From positions 13,186,549 to 13,250,548 of the forward strand of contig OZ316896.1 in the NCBI GenBank assembly GCA_973895155.1: a stretch of 64,000 nucleotides of DNA, in the 5' to 3' direction. A program made the position numbers and the translations under genes. Of this stretch, positions 61,901 to 64,000 are shown piece by piece (position 1 is the first letter of the stretch; each line of letters opens with the position of its first letter). This DNA comes from Marsupella aquatica. Taxonomy: Eukaryota; Plantae; Marchantiophyta. The notes under the pieces were generated by a model that did no database searches, was not told the origin of the DNA, and was given only the letters and a program-made list of their open reading frames with translations.

Positions 61901-63740
61901 TAAAGGGTTAATACAAGCATAAAAGATCAAGGAGGCTATTCATTTGTTTTTCTCTAGGGGAGTATAATCTCACATATAATTTGTCTTTTCTTGGGAGTAA
62001 TATCTATTTGTCAATAAAACACAGAATATAAAGGACAGAGCACACGAGTCTGCTCAAAAAGAGAAGTTTTGTCTCGAGGTAATTTGTGTCTGTTAACAAA
62101 AACACTTAGCATAAACACGGCTATATCATTGTCTTTAACTAGTAATATGGGAGTATAATATAATATTTAATTTGTTTATTTCTTTCAAGGAATTGGTATT
62201 TTCCAATAAAAACCAGAACATAATAAGGGGCACCCAAAAAGTAAGGTCGGACATCCGGAATGACACTCAGTAACCAGACTAATTTTTTAGATTGTTTCTC
62301 TTCTGCCACATTTGCCATGCTAAGAATCTTCTTTATTTATATTAATTTCTGACCTTCAGACCTCCCTAGAGTTCAAGAATACATGTCAGATTATGGTTAA
62401 TGGGTACGTGGCTAGGTGGAAAACTGCCAGGTGGAAAACATTGTGAATTTTCTCAAAAGTGACTCAGACTTTTCTGGGAGGTGAAATCTAGCAAATTTGT
62501 TCCATCCACAAGAAAGTCCCAATAACCAGTAAAGAATAAGTGGCCCAGAGACGAGCTACTGCCTCACAAACTCTGGAGCAGCTACCGAAATACACTTGCT
62601 CAGTGAGGGATACTCAGACATGACATAACTGACAGAGCTCATCATGGTTGCACTTGTTTAGCAGTGATATTTATTATATTTCAAATTGCCAAAAAACAGT
62701 ATGCGCCTAACCTAGAGACATGACCCCTCAGGCAAAAACCCTAATCAAGGGAGGAAAAACAAAGGGCCAAAAGTGAGAAAGACCAGGGCAAATATTTGAT
62801 TTGTGTCTAGTGGGATTCTGCTAGTTTATTTATGCGCCTTGTCAAAACTGTGTGACTATATATCTGGCTCTCAAGCAAATCTTATTTTCTTACATGTTAA
62901 TAGGACGCAAAGCATAGAGATATGGAACCGAGACTAGCAAACAAACCCAGACTGTTCCAGAAGTGCTTTAAAGGTGAGACAAGCATGGGGCTGGTAGTTT
63001 CCACAAAGCTAGAGGAGTTATTAGTTTTGCACCAGGCTTTTGAGGGCTGGAAATGAAACTTTGTGACCAAGCCCATTTGCCCGGTGTCACTGTTTTGAAC
63101 ATGAGAATCTGCTGAGGACACTGCATGGATGCCTTGGCCATTTCCAACCTCTGACCAGTGAAGCTGAAATCCTAGGGCCAGATCCAAAGTAAGCTTGGAA
63201 TACCATAGTGCTGGTAGACACCATGCGACAGCACAAACACGATGCAAACTGCCTGGAAAATGCGTGGTGTAAAAGAAATGTTTTTGAATTGTGTGTAGTT
63301 TTTTTGATACCTGTATCATTGGTTACCACTCATTCAGACAAAGGAATATGTCAAACAGGAAACACATTATATGCACTAGCCCCAACTACCCGTGCTTTGA
63401 ACGTGAATAGCGGGGACTACAGAAAAATGGCACCAAAATATATTCATAATTCACATTCTTTGAAGGTTAATGAAATGATCAAAAACCATCATGCAAATAA
63501 TCATTTTAATAATCAAATATAACATACCATACTCTTTTCTATGCACCCTCGTTCTATGCACATATGTAATGGGAAATAGGAATCATGACAAAAAGTATAC
63601 ATGCTTATCATTTGATATACATCATGGTCATGAGTTTTCTCATCCATATGATGAGCAATGGAGTTGCGATCTAGAGGCTTCACTCTAGAAGCCTAGACCC
63701 CAACTCTAGCTTGTAGTTGACGCATTATAAGTAAGATACA
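58968..63740. repeat. Long diverged inverted repeat (arms ~58968-59420 and ~63380-63740) enclosing internally repetitive DNA
   Basis: The reverse complement of 63670-63740 matches 59016-59085. Further matching blocks are GTGCATAGAAAAGAGTA, TGATTATTAAAATGATTAT, ATATTTTGGTG and TTCACGTTCAAAG. A 47-bp tandem duplication lies at 58969-59062. Confidence 0.8.
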
Positions 63741-64000
63741 CAAAACATACAAAGTAATATGTAACTTTTCTTTAGCAAGAAGTTTTGGGAGAAAATTTTC
63801 TAGAACTTGGGCAATGCAATGAAAGTCCCTTACAACTAAATAACACATTTCCATGGCATGGTGTCAATATTAAACTGCTTCGTCCACTTGAGTCTCATAG
63901 TCACATTTCATGGTCGCCCCAACATTGAATTCATGAATTCCAACATTTGGTTACTATCCCCTAACTCTCATTCTGCAGAGTCTTGGGTTATATTCCCATG

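Overview
Eukaryotic nuclear DNA from a land plant. Intron-rich genes, long GA-rich leaders and the protein sequences suggest a bryophyte such as a liverwort (inference only). Three intact multi-exon genes lie on the + strand, and I could read each exon by exon: symplekin/ESP4-like (6924-18913), a PP2C phosphatase (32030-34929) and an organellar 5'-3' exonuclease resembling OEX2 (48341-51386). The rest is transposon-rich: a PIF/Harbinger transposase pseudogene split by a TSD-flanked retro-insertion, an intact RPA1-C-like OB-fold ORF just upstream of it, a MITE with an 8-bp TSD, a family of short Helitron-like elements, SINE-like copies, a 4.8-kb fold-back region, and a full-length degenerate Ty1/copia element (39248-45108, minus strand). 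The best candidate for novelty is an extra antisense gene inside the copia element, between RNase H and the 3' LTR. It encodes a hydrophobic N-terminal helix plus an RNase H1 hybrid-binding (Cauli_VI-like) domain and has its own AATAAA. Two CpG-rich, multi-stem segments (about 27.05-27.25 kb and 28.32-28.61 kb) are unexplained candidate structured RNAs. All domain assignments come from motif recognition by eye; no searches were run.
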